The position numbers and the translations under genes were made by a program. This document shows positions 1 to 8,744 of a DNA stretch of 64,000 nt, one piece after another. The stretch comes from Alphaproteobacteria bacterium (GTDB lineage: Bacteria; Pseudomonadota; Alphaproteobacteria; Micavibrionales; Micavibrionaceae). Where the stretch lies: NCBI GenBank assembly GCA_023150415.1, contig JAKLKY010000004.1, positions 5,647 through 69,646 on the forward strand, written 5' to 3'. Positions within the stretch are counted from its first letter, which is position 1. Each line of letters opens with the position of its first letter. The notes under the pieces were generated by a model that was given only the letters and a program-made list of their open reading frames with translations, searched no databases and was not told where the DNA came from.

Positions 1-1
1 C

Positions 2-397
2 GATGCCTATTTAGGATCGTTACCTGCCTGGCTCTCATTACTATCAAATAAGCTGCACAATGATGGTATTTTTCCGTCGGTTCCGGACCAAGTCATCGTG
101 AATGAATATTTGCCCGGCCAAGGCATTTCCGCTCACATCGATTGCGTACCGTGCTTTGCAGATACAATCGCTTCATTGAGTTTAGGCTCGCCCTGCATCA
201 TGGAATTCTCCAATCCTCGAACCGGCGAGAAACGATCCATCGTCTTAGAAGACCGCAGCCTGATCGTCCTCTCCGGCCCCGCCCGCTACGAATGGCAACA
301 CGCCATTCCCAGCAGAAAATCCGACATCATCAACGGCATCAAAACCGAACGCGCCCGCCGCGTCTCCCTGACTTTCCGCAACATCATCCTGAATTGA
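2..397 (+). CDS. 2OG-Fe(II) oxygenase, AlkB-like (N-terminus lies outside window)
   Basis: Frame stays open from the window edge into listed ORF 98-397. Motifs AHID (H-x-D), WQHAIP (distal His) and RVSLTFR match the AlkB-type dioxygenase signature. Confidence 0.7.
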   Translation, partial: DAYLGSLPAWLSLLSNKLHNDGIFPSVPDQVIVNEYLPGQGISAHIDCVPCFADTIASLSLGSPCIMEFSNPRTGEKRSIVLEDRSLIVLSGPARYEWQHAIPSRKSDIINGIKTERARRVSLTFRNIILN

Positions 398-812
398 GAT
401 CGCAGCGTGATAACAGCCGTTGTGAAAATGATTATGGCAATAATTGGTTGTTGTTAAATCTCACATTTCTTTCAATCTTTAGAGCCATTTTCCTTTAAAA
501 ATGCTTTTAAAAAGCAGCTAAATCAGTGTTCATATTGATACTTCCGCTTTTTTCTCTTAATTTCACAATACACCCATTTGAGAGAGATTCGCCATGCAGG
601 CAGACATCATGACCATACGTGAGGTTGCAGAATAGCCCCCTTCCGTACTTTTTAAGGCATAGAGCATATTTGAACTCGATATACCTTGTACTATACCTTA
701 AAAAATAATGGAAGAAGGCACACCGCGCCGAACCTTACAGGAAGAAAATCCGGCAAAGTTCTTTGTTTTTCAGTGTGTTATTGGCTTTATTGATCCGTAT
801 CGGACTTGAGAT

Positions 813-857
813 TGGTTGCGGGGGCCAGATTTGAACTGACGACCTTCAGGTTATGAG
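813..857 (-). repeat. attL: orphan 3' half of tRNA-fMet (anticodon loop to CCA); no D arm or 5' acceptor strand follows
   Basis: TGGTTGCGGGGGCCAGATTTGAACTGACGACCTTCAGGTTATGAG matches 60540-60584 at 39/45 nt. Sequence beyond 857 cannot pair as an anticodon stem or acceptor. Confidence 0.7.
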
Positions 858-983
858 TGCTGTGCGGCTCCCTTTCTCGCCCCTATGAAACATTACGCAC
901 ATCCACGCTAATGCGCTGATATTGCTTGATAATATCCTCTTTCCAAGCATCATGGACTTATACGCGCCTTGGCAGCTTTTCGC

Positions 984-1028
984 AGGAATTTGCTTCCGGA
1001 ATGCTTCCAAAGATGCAGGGCTGCATCG
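984..1028. repeat. Arm-type repeat, left copy (partner at 60442-60496)
   Basis: AGGAATTTGCTTCCGGAATGCTTCCAAA..GATGCAGGG..CTGCATCG recurs in the same orientation near the other island end. It contains a tandem TGCTTCC. Confidence 0.5.
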
Positions 1029-1077
1029 GCCAGCATCACCAGCGCATCGCCCATGATCAACGAAGGAGGATCCACAA

Positions 1078-2283
1078 ATGCCCATCAAACTCACCAAAAC
1101 CATCATCGATGAAACCAGACCGCAGGACAAAGAGCTGCTGATCTTCGACAGCCTGGTCTCCGGCTTTGGCCTGCGGGTCAGCCCGGGCGGGCGGAAAAGC
1201 TTCATCCTGCAATACCGGTTCCGCCGCCGCACCCGGCGTCTCACGCTTGGCGCTTATGGCACCATGACGCTGGATCAGGCACGCAGCCGCGCTGTTAAAT
1301 CCCTCGCGCTGGTGCAGGACGGCACCGATCCCGCCTACGAAAAACAGGCCGATAAAACCGCGCCGGATATGAACGATCTGTGCGACCGTTTCTGGGAGGA
1401 ACATGTACAGGTGCGCCTCAAACCCCGCACTGCCGCCGGTTATAAACGCGTGCTGGATAAATTCATCCGCCCGGCGCTGGGCGAGGTTTTGGTGCGGGAC
1501 ATCAAACGCGCCGACATCGCCGATTTGCATCACCGCATGCGCCGCACGCCCTATGATGCCAACCGCATGCTGGAGGTTATTTCCAAAATGTTCAATCTGG
1601 CCGAGATGTGGGGCTGGCGCGATGAGCACTCCAACCCGCGCCGTCACATCGCCAAATATCCCGAGCGCAAGCGAGAGCGGTATTTGACCCGGGAAGAGCT
1701 GCAGCGTCTGCTCTCCACCCTTGATTATGCCGAAGGGATTCTGGATGGCCGGATATTGGAGGGGCGCGAGGATCAAACCCCGCTGATCGTCCACCGCTCC
1801 GCTATCAACGCCTTTCGCCTGCTGGCCTTTACCGGCTGCCGCCTGATGGAGATCCAGACGCTGAAATGGAAATATATCGACCGCGAGCATCGCATCCTAC
1901 GCCTGCCCGATACCAAAACCGGAGCGCGCGCTGTGCCGGTCAGCCAGCATGTGATTGATCTTCTCACCGCCATCTGGAACCATGCCGACACGCCGCAGGA
2001 AAATGAGTTTGTGATTTACGGCACGCTGCCACTTGCGCATCTCACCGATCTGCAATCACCCTGGCGGCGCATCCGCAAGGCAGCGGGGTTGGAGGATGTG
2101 CGCATCCACGATCTGCGCCACAGCTTCGCCTCCTACGCCGTCTCTGCCGGGCATTCCCTGCCGATGATCGGCAAACTCCTCGGCCACACCCAGGTGCAGA
2201 CCACCGCCCGCTACGCGCATTTGATGACGGATCCGATGCATAAGGCAGCGGATGATATTGTCGGGAATATGCTGGGCGGGTAA
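1078..2283 (+). CDS. int: Tyrosine integrase, P4-like (DUF4102 arm-binding N-domain)
   Basis: N-terminus KELLIFDSLVSGFGLRVSPGGRKSFILQYR. Catalytic HDLRHSFAS and LGHTQVQTTARYAH (R-H-R-Y). RBS GAAGGAGGA lies upstream. The gene starts 220 bp from attL. Confidence 0.92.
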   Translation: MPIKLTKTIIDETRPQDKELLIFDSLVSGFGLRVSPGGRKSFILQYRFRRRTRRLTLGAYGTMTLDQARSRAVKSLALVQDGTDPAYEKQADKTAPDMNDLCDRFWEEHVQVRLKPRTAAGYKRVLDKFIRPALGEVLVRDIKRADIADLHHRMRRTPYDANRMLEVISKMFNLAEMWGWRDEHSNPRRHIAKYPERKRERYLTREELQRLLSTLDYAEGILDGRILEGREDQTPLIVHRSAINAFRLLAFTGCRLMEIQTLKWKYIDREHRILRLPDTKTGARAVPVSQHVIDLLTAIWNHADTPQENEFVIYGTLPLAHLTDLQSPWRRIRKAAGLEDVRIHDLRHSFASYAVSAGHSLPMIGKLLGHTQVQTTARYAHLMTDPMHKAADDIVGNMLGG

Positions 2284-2294
2284 AAAATAAAGAT

Positions 2295-3056
2295 TTATTT
2301 TTGTGCAGACTTCTTTTTCCAAACATCTTCTATGGATAAATATTCCTCTCCTGCAAGCGAAAGGGCGAATATTTTTGCTTCACTCACAGCAGATTCACCT
2401 TCAAACCAACTGCTTTGAATGAAAATCATATCAAAGCAAAGTAAATCTCTTGTTGGAAATAATGCTTTTATGTAAGGAATGAGAAGTTCTTGATTTAAAA
2501 ATGAGGTCGGAGAATTATCGTAGATTACAAGCCAGTTTTGATCAAATTTAGAAAAACTGTCTTCTTGAAGCTTCACTTGCTTCTTTTCAATCGCGTCTTT
2601 TATGAATAGTGACCACTCCCTTTCCGCTCCATCTCCTGCCCAGCCGCAACTTATTAACTTTTCAGCATTAAGAAGCTCTTTTTTCCGGTCATTTGACAAG
2701 GTCTTACCATGACGAAAAATGGCTGACTCTATAAAGTGTCCTGGTCTTTTATGTTCTACAAGAGCCTGATATGAGGAATAATCCTTTGACGTTGCTTCCG
2801 TCACCTCGACACCGATTTCTCGCCCATTACAAGTAAGCAAAAAATCAGGCCGCTCACGTTTTACCAGGGAAAGCGGATATGACAGATGTTCCGTATGTAC
2901 CAGGGTTGATAGTAACCGACATATAGAATATCGCTCAGTATGTTCTGTTGTCCGGCCTTTTGTTCTACCCGGCACAGAAATATCGACGCATGCTAAGGAC
3001 TTTAATAAATCATCTGCGCCGTTAGCAGATAAATAATTGTCGTTACCGTCCTTCAT
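2295..3056 (-). CDS. Hypothetical protein, AT-rich orphan; weak PD-(D/E)xK-like motif
   Basis: ORF 2295-3344 trimmed to ATG 3056, which has AAAGGAG 8 nt upstream. The longer form runs into the 3165-3734 gene. ERPDFLL...IGVEVTEA loosely resembles a nuclease core. Composition is unlike the neighbouring int. Confidence 0.5.
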   Translation of the reverse strand: MKDGNDNYLSANGADDLLKSLACVDISVPGRTKGRTTEHTERYSICRLLSTLVHTEHLSYPLSLVKRERPDFLLTCNGREIGVEVTEATSKDYSSYQALVEHKRPGHFIESAIFRHGKTLSNDRKKELLNAEKLISCGWAGDGAEREWSLFIKDAIEKKQVKLQEDSFSKFDQNWLVIYDNSPTSFLNQELLIPYIKALFPTRDLLCFDMIFIQSSWFEGESAVSEAKIFALSLAGEEYLSIEDVWKKKSAQK

Positions 3057-3164
3057 TCTCAATTCTCCTTTCAGCATAACATAATACAATGATTTCAAAG
3101 TGGTGCACATGAAAAGCAGATCAAGATCCCTAACAACTTGACTGTGTTTAGAACAGAAGCGTTC

Positions 3165-3734
3165 ATGTTTACCATGAGCGCTATAAACCTTTCCGCTGAT
3201 ATAACCGAAAGGTTGCTGGCCAAAGGCTATGCCGAGACACCCAGCGACAATAAACAGTGGCGCATTTTCTTTCAGCCCGCGAGCATGGACACGCGCTGGT
3301 TCGTGCATGAGGGCGGAAAAGTCCGGCGCGGCAAAAGCGTCCATAATTCTACCGCAATCACGCAGGAAGCCCGCCGTATGCTGGGGCGTTACTGGCTGGA
3401 AAAACGCGGCAGTAAGGCTGCGCCGGAAATGTCAGCGCCAGCCGCCGCCCGACACCGCACCACAAAGCCAGCCCCAGCGCCACAGCCACAAACCGCTAAA
3501 GACAAAATTCTCACCCTCATGCAAAGCCCGGGTGGCGCGACCACAGCGGAAATGATCAAAGCCTCTGGTTGGCAGGCGCATTCTGTGAGAGCGTTTTTGT
3601 CACGGTTACGCCAAAAACATGTCATCCTTACTCGCTCTTCCGGGAAGTTAAAATATTATCGCATAATAACATCGAAAAAGAAGGATAATCGTAGCAATCT
3701 CGAAGACATTAATCATAGAGTTGGCTATAATTAA
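3165..3734 (+). CDS. DUF3489-like protein
   Basis: C-terminal KILTLMQSPGGATTAEMIKASGWQAHSVRAFLSRL...YYRI matches the DUF3489 pattern common in alphaproteobacterial mobile elements. Start taken at ATG 3165. Confidence 0.6.
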   Translation: MFTMSAINLSADITERLLAKGYAETPSDNKQWRIFFQPASMDTRWFVHEGGKVRRGKSVHNSTAITQEARRMLGRYWLEKRGSKAAPEMSAPAAARHRTTKPAPAPQPQTAKDKILTLMQSPGGATTAEMIKASGWQAHSVRAFLSRLRQKHVILTRSSGKLKYYRIITSKKKDNRSNLEDINHRVGYN

Positions 3735-3770
3735 TAGAAAAATTCTTACACGAAACTATATCAAGTCATC

Positions 3771-4847
3771 ATGCGTTATAAACGACAAATAACCCTGCCT
3801 GAAATCGGCATTGACGGACAAGAGAAGATTGCCCGCGCCCATGTTCTATGCGTCGGTGCAGGCGGGCTGGGTTCTCCGGCGTTGTTATATTTGGCGGCGG
3901 CAGGAATAGGCCATATTGGAATCATCGATTTTGACCACGTCGATGAAAGCAACCTGCAGCGGCAGATTTTATTTACAATAGACGGCATTGGTCAGCCTAA
4001 AGCGGTTCAAGCTAAGGAACGGTTACAAGCCCTCAATCCTGAAATAGAGATCACAGTCTACGAAGATGAATTAAACGCTGAAAACGCACCGGATTTATTT
4101 CAGGCTTACGATATCATTCTTGACGGCACCGATAATTTCGAAACAAAATTTTTGATTAACGATGCTGCGGTGAAATACAAAAAACCATGGGTTTACGGGG
4201 CAATTCAGGGGTTCGATGGTCAAGCCAGCGTGTTTGATGCACAAACAGGCCCTTGTTACCGATGTCTTTATCCGGAAAAACCCAAGGCACGTATCGCCAA
4301 CTGCGCAGAAGCCGGAGTCATTGGCGCTGTCGCTGGTCTTATTGGCGTGACGCAGGCGTTGCAGGTTATTCAACTTGTAACAAGGCATGAAAGTTTTGAG
4401 CCTTTGTTCGGCAAGCTCTGGACGCTGGATACCAAAACGATGCAAACGCGCATTCTGAACATTCCTAAAAATCCTGACTGCCCGGCCTGCAGTAAAAAAC
4501 GGGATGATGTTATCCTTGCCTACAGCTCCCCTGTTTGCGGATTTGTGCCGGAATTAACGCCGCAGCAAGCGCGCGGCAGAAGCAATTCCTGCCTGATCGA
4601 TGTGCGTGAAAAGGAAGAATGGGATCAGGGGCATATTGATGGGGCGCAGCTCTGGCCGCTTTCAAAAATAATGGCGGGTGATCTGCCTGATTTGCCGCAA
4701 GAGACGGAAATTATCCTGCATTGTCAAAAAGGCATGCGCAGCCTGCAAGCCGCACAAATTCTTAAGGTGCAAGGATATTTAGAGGTTTACAGTGTGTCCG
4801 GAGGGTATGAAGCGTGGGTTAACTGCTTTGAGGACGCGTCAGAATAA
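3771..4847 (+). CDS. moeB: Molybdopterin-synthase adenylyltransferase MoeB/MoeZ with C-terminal rhodanese domain
   Basis: ThiF/MoeB fold GAGGLGSP...DFDHVDESNLQRQ, CYRCLYP...CPAC zinc site, and a rhodanese tail with HCQKGMRS. Confidence 0.85.
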   Translation: MRYKRQITLPEIGIDGQEKIARAHVLCVGAGGLGSPALLYLAAAGIGHIGIIDFDHVDESNLQRQILFTIDGIGQPKAVQAKERLQALNPEIEITVYEDELNAENAPDLFQAYDIILDGTDNFETKFLINDAAVKYKKPWVYGAIQGFDGQASVFDAQTGPCYRCLYPEKPKARIANCAEAGVIGAVAGLIGVTQALQVIQLVTRHESFEPLFGKLWTLDTKTMQTRILNIPKNPDCPACSKKRDDVILAYSSPVCGFVPELTPQQARGRSNSCLIDVREKEEWDQGHIDGAQLWPLSKIMAGDLPDLPQETEIILHCQKGMRSLQAAQILKVQGYLEVYSVSGGYEAWVNCFEDASE

Positions 4848-5175
4848 ATAGAGAAACAATGCTGAGTACTGTCATCTGAATTAAAATTACTACTAACGGC
4901 ACTTCTAAAATGACGCTCAACAAGAAGGTTATTAATATTGTCACTATAGCGTAAGTCTTATTCCGTTTACTGATACTCCCGTTCTCTCTCCAGTCTATTA
5001 TAGCCGGACCAAAAGAAGGGTGGCACAAAAGCCACGCGTGCAGTTTTTCAGAAGACCTTGCAAAACTAAATGCGCTTAACAGTAAAAAAGGTGTTGTTGG
5101 CAATAAGGGCAATACAATTCCTATGATCCCCAAGGCCAAGAAGATAAAACCTAAAATTTTCAATATCGTCTGCAT
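4819..5175 (-). CDS. YbaN/DUF454 family inner-membrane protein
   Basis: LGIIGIVLPLLPTTPFLLLSAFSFARSS is the DUF454 signature. Three predicted TM segments. Confidence 0.7.
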   Translation of the reverse strand: MQTILKILGFIFLALGIIGIVLPLLPTTPFLLLSAFSFARSSEKLHAWLLCHPSFGPAIIDWRENGSISKRNKTYAIVTILITFLLSVILEVPLVVILIQMTVLSIVSLFILTRPQSS

Positions 5176-5183
5176 ATAACTCT

Positions 5184-6500
5184 TTAAGCAATTTTCTTCA
5201 GCTCCGTCATAAACACACCCATTTTATCGAGCAGCAGATGTACGCGCTTCACGGCCTGCCCCGAAAGTTCACCTGTTGCCTGCATGACATCATTAGCCGC
5301 TTGTCCGACCTGCGCCATACTTTGATTGATCTCACGGACATTTCCTGCAACGCCGTGCGTTCCAGCGGAAGCATGCTCTGCACTGTTTGCAATTTCCTTG
5401 GAGGCCGCACTTTGCTCCTCAATCGCGGCAGCAACAGCTGTAGCAGCTTCGTTGACCTCCGATATAACAGAACCAATTGAAGTAAATGTTTTGACAACAT
5501 TACTAACGGATCCCCGTATACTGGTCACGAGGCCTGCAATCTCTTCGGTGGCCTTGCTGGTTTGCCCTGCCAGTTCCTTAACTTCGCTGGCCACAACAGC
5601 AAAGCCTTTTCCGGCTTCGCCCGCGCGCGCAGCTTCAATCGTGGCATTGAGCGCCAGAAGATTTGTTTGTCCTGCAATATCTTCGATCATACTGACCACT
5701 TCACCAATTTTATCGGCCATTTGTGAAAGTTCAGCAATGGTTTGTGTGGCGGCAGCAGATTCTTCAACGGCCATTCTGGAGATAGAGGAGGTTTTGTTCA
5801 TCTGCTGGGTAATCTCGGCAATGCAACTCGACATTTCTTCTGCAGCGGCGGATATCGTCTGCACACTCATCGAGGCGCTGTCAGAACTACGCATGGCAGC
5901 ATCAGCACCGTGAGAAGTTATAGAAACAGAATTTTGCATCGTTCCCGCGCTGCTCTCCAGCGTCTTTGCCGTCGCATTAATCTGCTGAACGACTTCGGTC
6001 AAGGACGTATCAAGATCGTTTGCTACATTCACAAACCCGTTCATTTTGTCTTCGACATTGTGCGCGGCACGGTTGATAATCCGCGCACCGTTCAGAAGAT
6101 TACCATGCATTCCGGCTTCCAGAATACGGCGAAAATACTGATTGCGACTCACATGTTCCATGGCGGCGGTAGCCTCGCGGATGAAGGAATCCACAGTATC
6201 GACCATCTCATTCAGCTTCCATTGAAATTCGCCAAATTCCCCTTTTTCCGTGATGTTGGTCAGGCGTGATTCAAAATCACCCTTGGCAAGTGCGCTGACG
6301 GTTTCGGTCATTCGTTCGATTTCAAATTCAGATTTTTTGATTTTAAGGAGAGCCATCACTTGACAAGCTGCAACCAAACCAACGCCTGCAAGCCCCATCC
6401 AAGATCCGCTAAAAAACAAAAAGCCGCCGGTTAGCACGCATGCAACCAGCGCAGTGCCATTAAGCAGCCTTGCGCTGGAGAGCGAAGATAAGTTCATCAT
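5184..6500 (-). CDS. Methyl-accepting chemotaxis protein (TM + signalling domain, no ligand domain of its own)
   Basis: Highly conserved MCP hairpin [34 protein letters not shown], with an N-terminal TM region. Confidence 0.85.
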   Translation of the reverse strand: MMNLSSLSSARLLNGTALVACVLTGGFLFFSGSWMGLAGVGLVAACQVMALLKIKKSEFEIERMTETVSALAKGDFESRLTNITEKGEFGEFQWKLNEMVDTVDSFIREATAAMEHVSRNQYFRRILEAGMHGNLLNGARIINRAAHNVEDKMNGFVNVANDLDTSLTEVVQQINATAKTLESSAGTMQNSVSITSHGADAAMRSSDSASMSVQTISAAAEEMSSCIAEITQQMNKTSSISRMAVEESAAATQTIAELSQMADKIGEVVSMIEDIAGQTNLLALNATIEAARAGEAGKGFAVVASEVKELAGQTSKATEEIAGLVTSIRGSVSNVVKTFTSIGSVISEVNEAATAVAAAIEEQSAASKEIANSAEHASAGTHGVAGNVREINQSMAQVGQAANDVMQATGELSGQAVKRVHLLLDKMGVFMTELKKIA

Positions 6501-7041
6501 AATTCATACCTTTCTGCTTGACGGCATCGAGCAACATCTCAAAGCCCTTGTTCATGCCCTCCTTGGCGTTTTTATGCCGGTTTTCTTCCTCAAGCACGGC
6601 CTTGTAGAGCGGAATAATGGTAGAATTCAGGACATCGCGGTCGGGCACGCGGCGGTTGGAATGATAGCCGACAATCTGGCCATTTTTATCAAAGGATGGC
6701 GTGACATGCGCCAGTACCCAATAATGGTCTCCGTTTTTACTCATATTGTTGACATAGGCAAAAATCTCACGGCCTGCGCCAATCGTATCCCAGAGAAGCT
6801 TAAACACACTGCGCGGCATTTCCGGGTTGCGGATAAGACTATGTGGCTCACCCAAAAGCTCCGGTTCCTGATAACCCGAAATATTGATAAAAACGCGATT
6901 GACATATGTAAGCCGACCCTTAAGATCCGTCTTGCTGACGATCACTTCATCTTCACGGAAAAACCGCTCAACGCCGGTTGGCACCATTTTCGTTCTTACA
7001 TTTTCAGTCATAACTTTCTCATACAAGCTCCTGTCGTTCAT
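6460..7041 (-). CDS. Stand-alone Aer-like PAS domain protein
   Basis: [53 protein letters not shown]...[12 protein letters not shown] matches the Aer-type FAD-PAS sensor. Confidence 0.8.
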   Translation of the reverse strand: MNDRSLYEKVMTENVRTKMVPTGVERFFREDEVIVSKTDLKGRLTYVNRVFINISGYQEPELLGEPHSLIRNPEMPRSVFKLLWDTIGAGREIFAYVNNMSKNGDHYWVLAHVTPSFDKNGQIVGYHSNRRVPDRDVLNSTIIPLYKAVLEEENRHKNAKEGMNKGFEMLLDAVKQKGMNYDELIFALQRKAA

Positions 7042-7067
7042 TATGAACGAAGAAAAAAGAATTGAGG

Positions 7068-7081
7068 TTGATTCAGATCAA
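7068..7081. promoter_or_regulatory. FNR/Anr/Dnr-type box TTGATTCAGATCAA
   Basis: Perfect TTGAT-N4-ATCAA, centred 33.5 bp upstream of the PAS gene ATG (7041). Confidence 0.7.
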
Positions 7082-7104
7082 GGCGAAAAAAGGAGATTGT
7101 TGGC

Positions 7105-7863
7105 CTAAAGCATACTAATAAATTTCATAATGAGCCGGACTGACACATAAAGGATCAGCAGTGCAGTCATCTTCTTGACCATGGACATGTTAATTTGCAC
7201 TGCGCCCAGCCAGGATCCGATCTGTCCGCCGATTAAAACCGCGGGCAGCAAAATCCAGTAAGGGGAAAGAGCCGAGAATGAATCAATATCCTCAATTTTC
7301 AGGCTCTGACCGATAAGGCCTGCCAATGAATTGACCAGAATAAAAAACGCGCATGCTCCGGCGATCTGCTTGGCATTTCCCCAGCGCATAAAATGGAGAA
7401 CGGGCGCCAGAAAAATGCCGCCGCCTATCCCCGTTATTCCGGCCATAAAGCCCAGCAATGTGCCAAAAATAGCGGGCATAAAACTATGCTGTGGTACTTT
7501 CAAGTTTGGAAATGACGGGTCTTCTTTTTCCGGCCATAAAAGCCTGATTCCTGAGAGCAAGAGAGCAAACCCTAAGACTCCGGTGAAAATAACCTCTGGC
7601 ACCGGGATTAACCCACCAACAAAGGAGGCCGGAACTGAAAAAATAATCCACGGCGCAATGCGGGGAAGCCGGATATGCCTCTCTCTTGAGAAATGCCATA
7701 CCCCCCCGGAAACCACCACGATATTACAAATGAGGGAAATAACGGGGATCAGCTGATAATCCGTATCCCCAAGCACTAAAAGCGCGTTATAGGTCGATCC
7801 GCCGCCAAATCCGATACAGGCGTAAAGCAGGGCAGTCATAAAAAACAGAAAAGCCAGAACCAT
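7105..7863 (-). CDS. TauE/SafE (TSUP, DUF81) family anion exporter
   Basis: Polytopic membrane protein with N-terminal ACIGFGGGSTYNALLVL and an internal GITGIGGGIFLAPVL repeat typical of TSUP. Confidence 0.75.
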   Translation of the reverse strand: MVLAFLFFMTALLYACIGFGGGSTYNALLVLGDTDYQLIPVISLICNIVVVSGGVWHFSRERHIRLPRIAPWIIFSVPASFVGGLIPVPEVIFTGVLGFALLLSGIRLLWPEKEDPSFPNLKVPQHSFMPAIFGTLLGFMAGITGIGGGIFLAPVLHFMRWGNAKQIAGACAFFILVNSLAGLIGQSLKIEDIDSFSALSPYWILLPAVLIGGQIGSWLGAVQINMSMVKKMTALLILYVSVRLIMKFISML

Positions 7864-7866
7864 ATA

Positions 7867-8220
7867 TTATGCTTTCTGGCGTGGCCTGCTATCCGCCCTG
7901 AGGTCAACTTGAAGAAAGATATCAAGACCGTTCACACGCGCACAAAGTCCTTCTTTGCTGCGTCCCATATCAATGAGATTTTGTATCTGATCCTTACTTG
8001 TACAGAGCATCAGACAGGATTCATCCTTATCTAAAATGAGTTTGAGCGGGGCTTCTTTAAAATTTTCAAAATACTCTGCCGGATCGGGATCAATGACCAT
8101 CGCAAAATCATTCCCGCCAATGGACACAGCTTTTTCTATCGGCTGACCTGTACTCAGAATATTTAATTCATCTTCTGTGATTTTGAATGTCACGGATTTT
8201 TCGGTGATTTTTACATTCAT
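7867..8220 (-). CDS. Hypothetical protein, translationally coupled to mobA
   Basis: ATG 8220 overlaps the mobA stop as ATGA. No recognisable motif. Confidence 0.5.
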   Translation of the reverse strand: MNVKITEKSVTFKITEDELNILSTGQPIEKAVSIGGNDFAMVIDPDPAEYFENFKEAPLKLILDKDESCLMLCTSKDQIQNLIDMGRSKEGLCARVNGLDIFLQVDLRADSRPRQKA

Positions 8221-8744
8221 GAATTTACAACCTCCGCCCAATCCTGCGGCGTATTGGCATTTTTCATGGAAGAGGAAAAATGCTCCGGCAACGCTACAGG
8301 ATAGATGCCGTAATCATCTAATAAACCTTGAACTGATGTTTTCTCGCTCTGCTGATAAGGCGGAGTCATGAAGGCTGGCAAAGGCCAGTCAATAAAATAC
8401 CCTCCCTCTTTTTGTTGCAAAAGCAGGTGCAGCATATCCGGTTTTAACAAGGGCATATCAACGGGAATAAACAACAATCCCGCATAACTAGAAAGGCGCT
8501 TGATAACTAACTTTATCGCTTCAGCCGGCCCTGTAAATGGCTCCTGATCAGAAAGGCAGTCGTAACCATCAACATCGCCGCTGATAAATATTTCCTTGAT
8601 CCCGGTTGTTTTAAGTATCTCCATCATATGTTCGATGAGCGGCTTCCCTTGGTAATCCAGCAAAGCCTTATTCTGCCCCATGCGGCTTGAGCGCCCTCCT
8701 GCCAAAACGACTCCGGCGATAGCGTTAAAATCAACCATGCGCAT
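8217..8744 (-). CDS. mobA: Molybdenum cofactor guanylyltransferase
   Basis: VVLAGGRSSRMGQNKALLDYQGKPLIEHM is the MobA nucleotide-binding signature. Confidence 0.8.
   Translation of the reverse strand: MRMVDFNAIAGVVLAGGRSSRMGQNKALLDYQGKPLIEHMMEILKTTGIKEIFISGDVDGYDCLSDQEPFTGPAEAIKLVIKRLSSYAGLLFIPVDMPLLKPDMLHLLLQQKEGGYFIDWPLPAFMTPPYQQSEKTSVQGLLDDYGIYPVALPEHFSSSMKNANTPQDWAEVVNS

Noticed and set aside
594-635. Short ORF MQADIMTIREVAE-stop, which resembles the first residues of an excisionase/HTH_17 protein just outside attL. It could be a relic of an older element at the same tRNA site.
   Set aside because: Only 13 codons long, with no recognisable continuation in any frame. That is too little sequence to call a pseudogene.
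1057-1890. 277-aa ORF antisense to the integrase gene.
   Set aside because: It lies entirely within the well-supported int CDS in GC-rich DNA and has a low-complexity Gly/Ala/Gln composition. It is a typical shadow frame.
2281-2300. AT-only palindrome AAAAATAAAGATTTATTTTT between the convergent int and orphan gene, considered as a bidirectional terminator.
   Set aside because: The stem has no G:C pairs, so a stable intrinsic terminator hairpin is unlikely.
6454-7065. 203-aa plus-strand ORF opposite the PAS gene.
   Set aside because: It is antisense to a CDS with a strong PAS signature and has no motif of its own.
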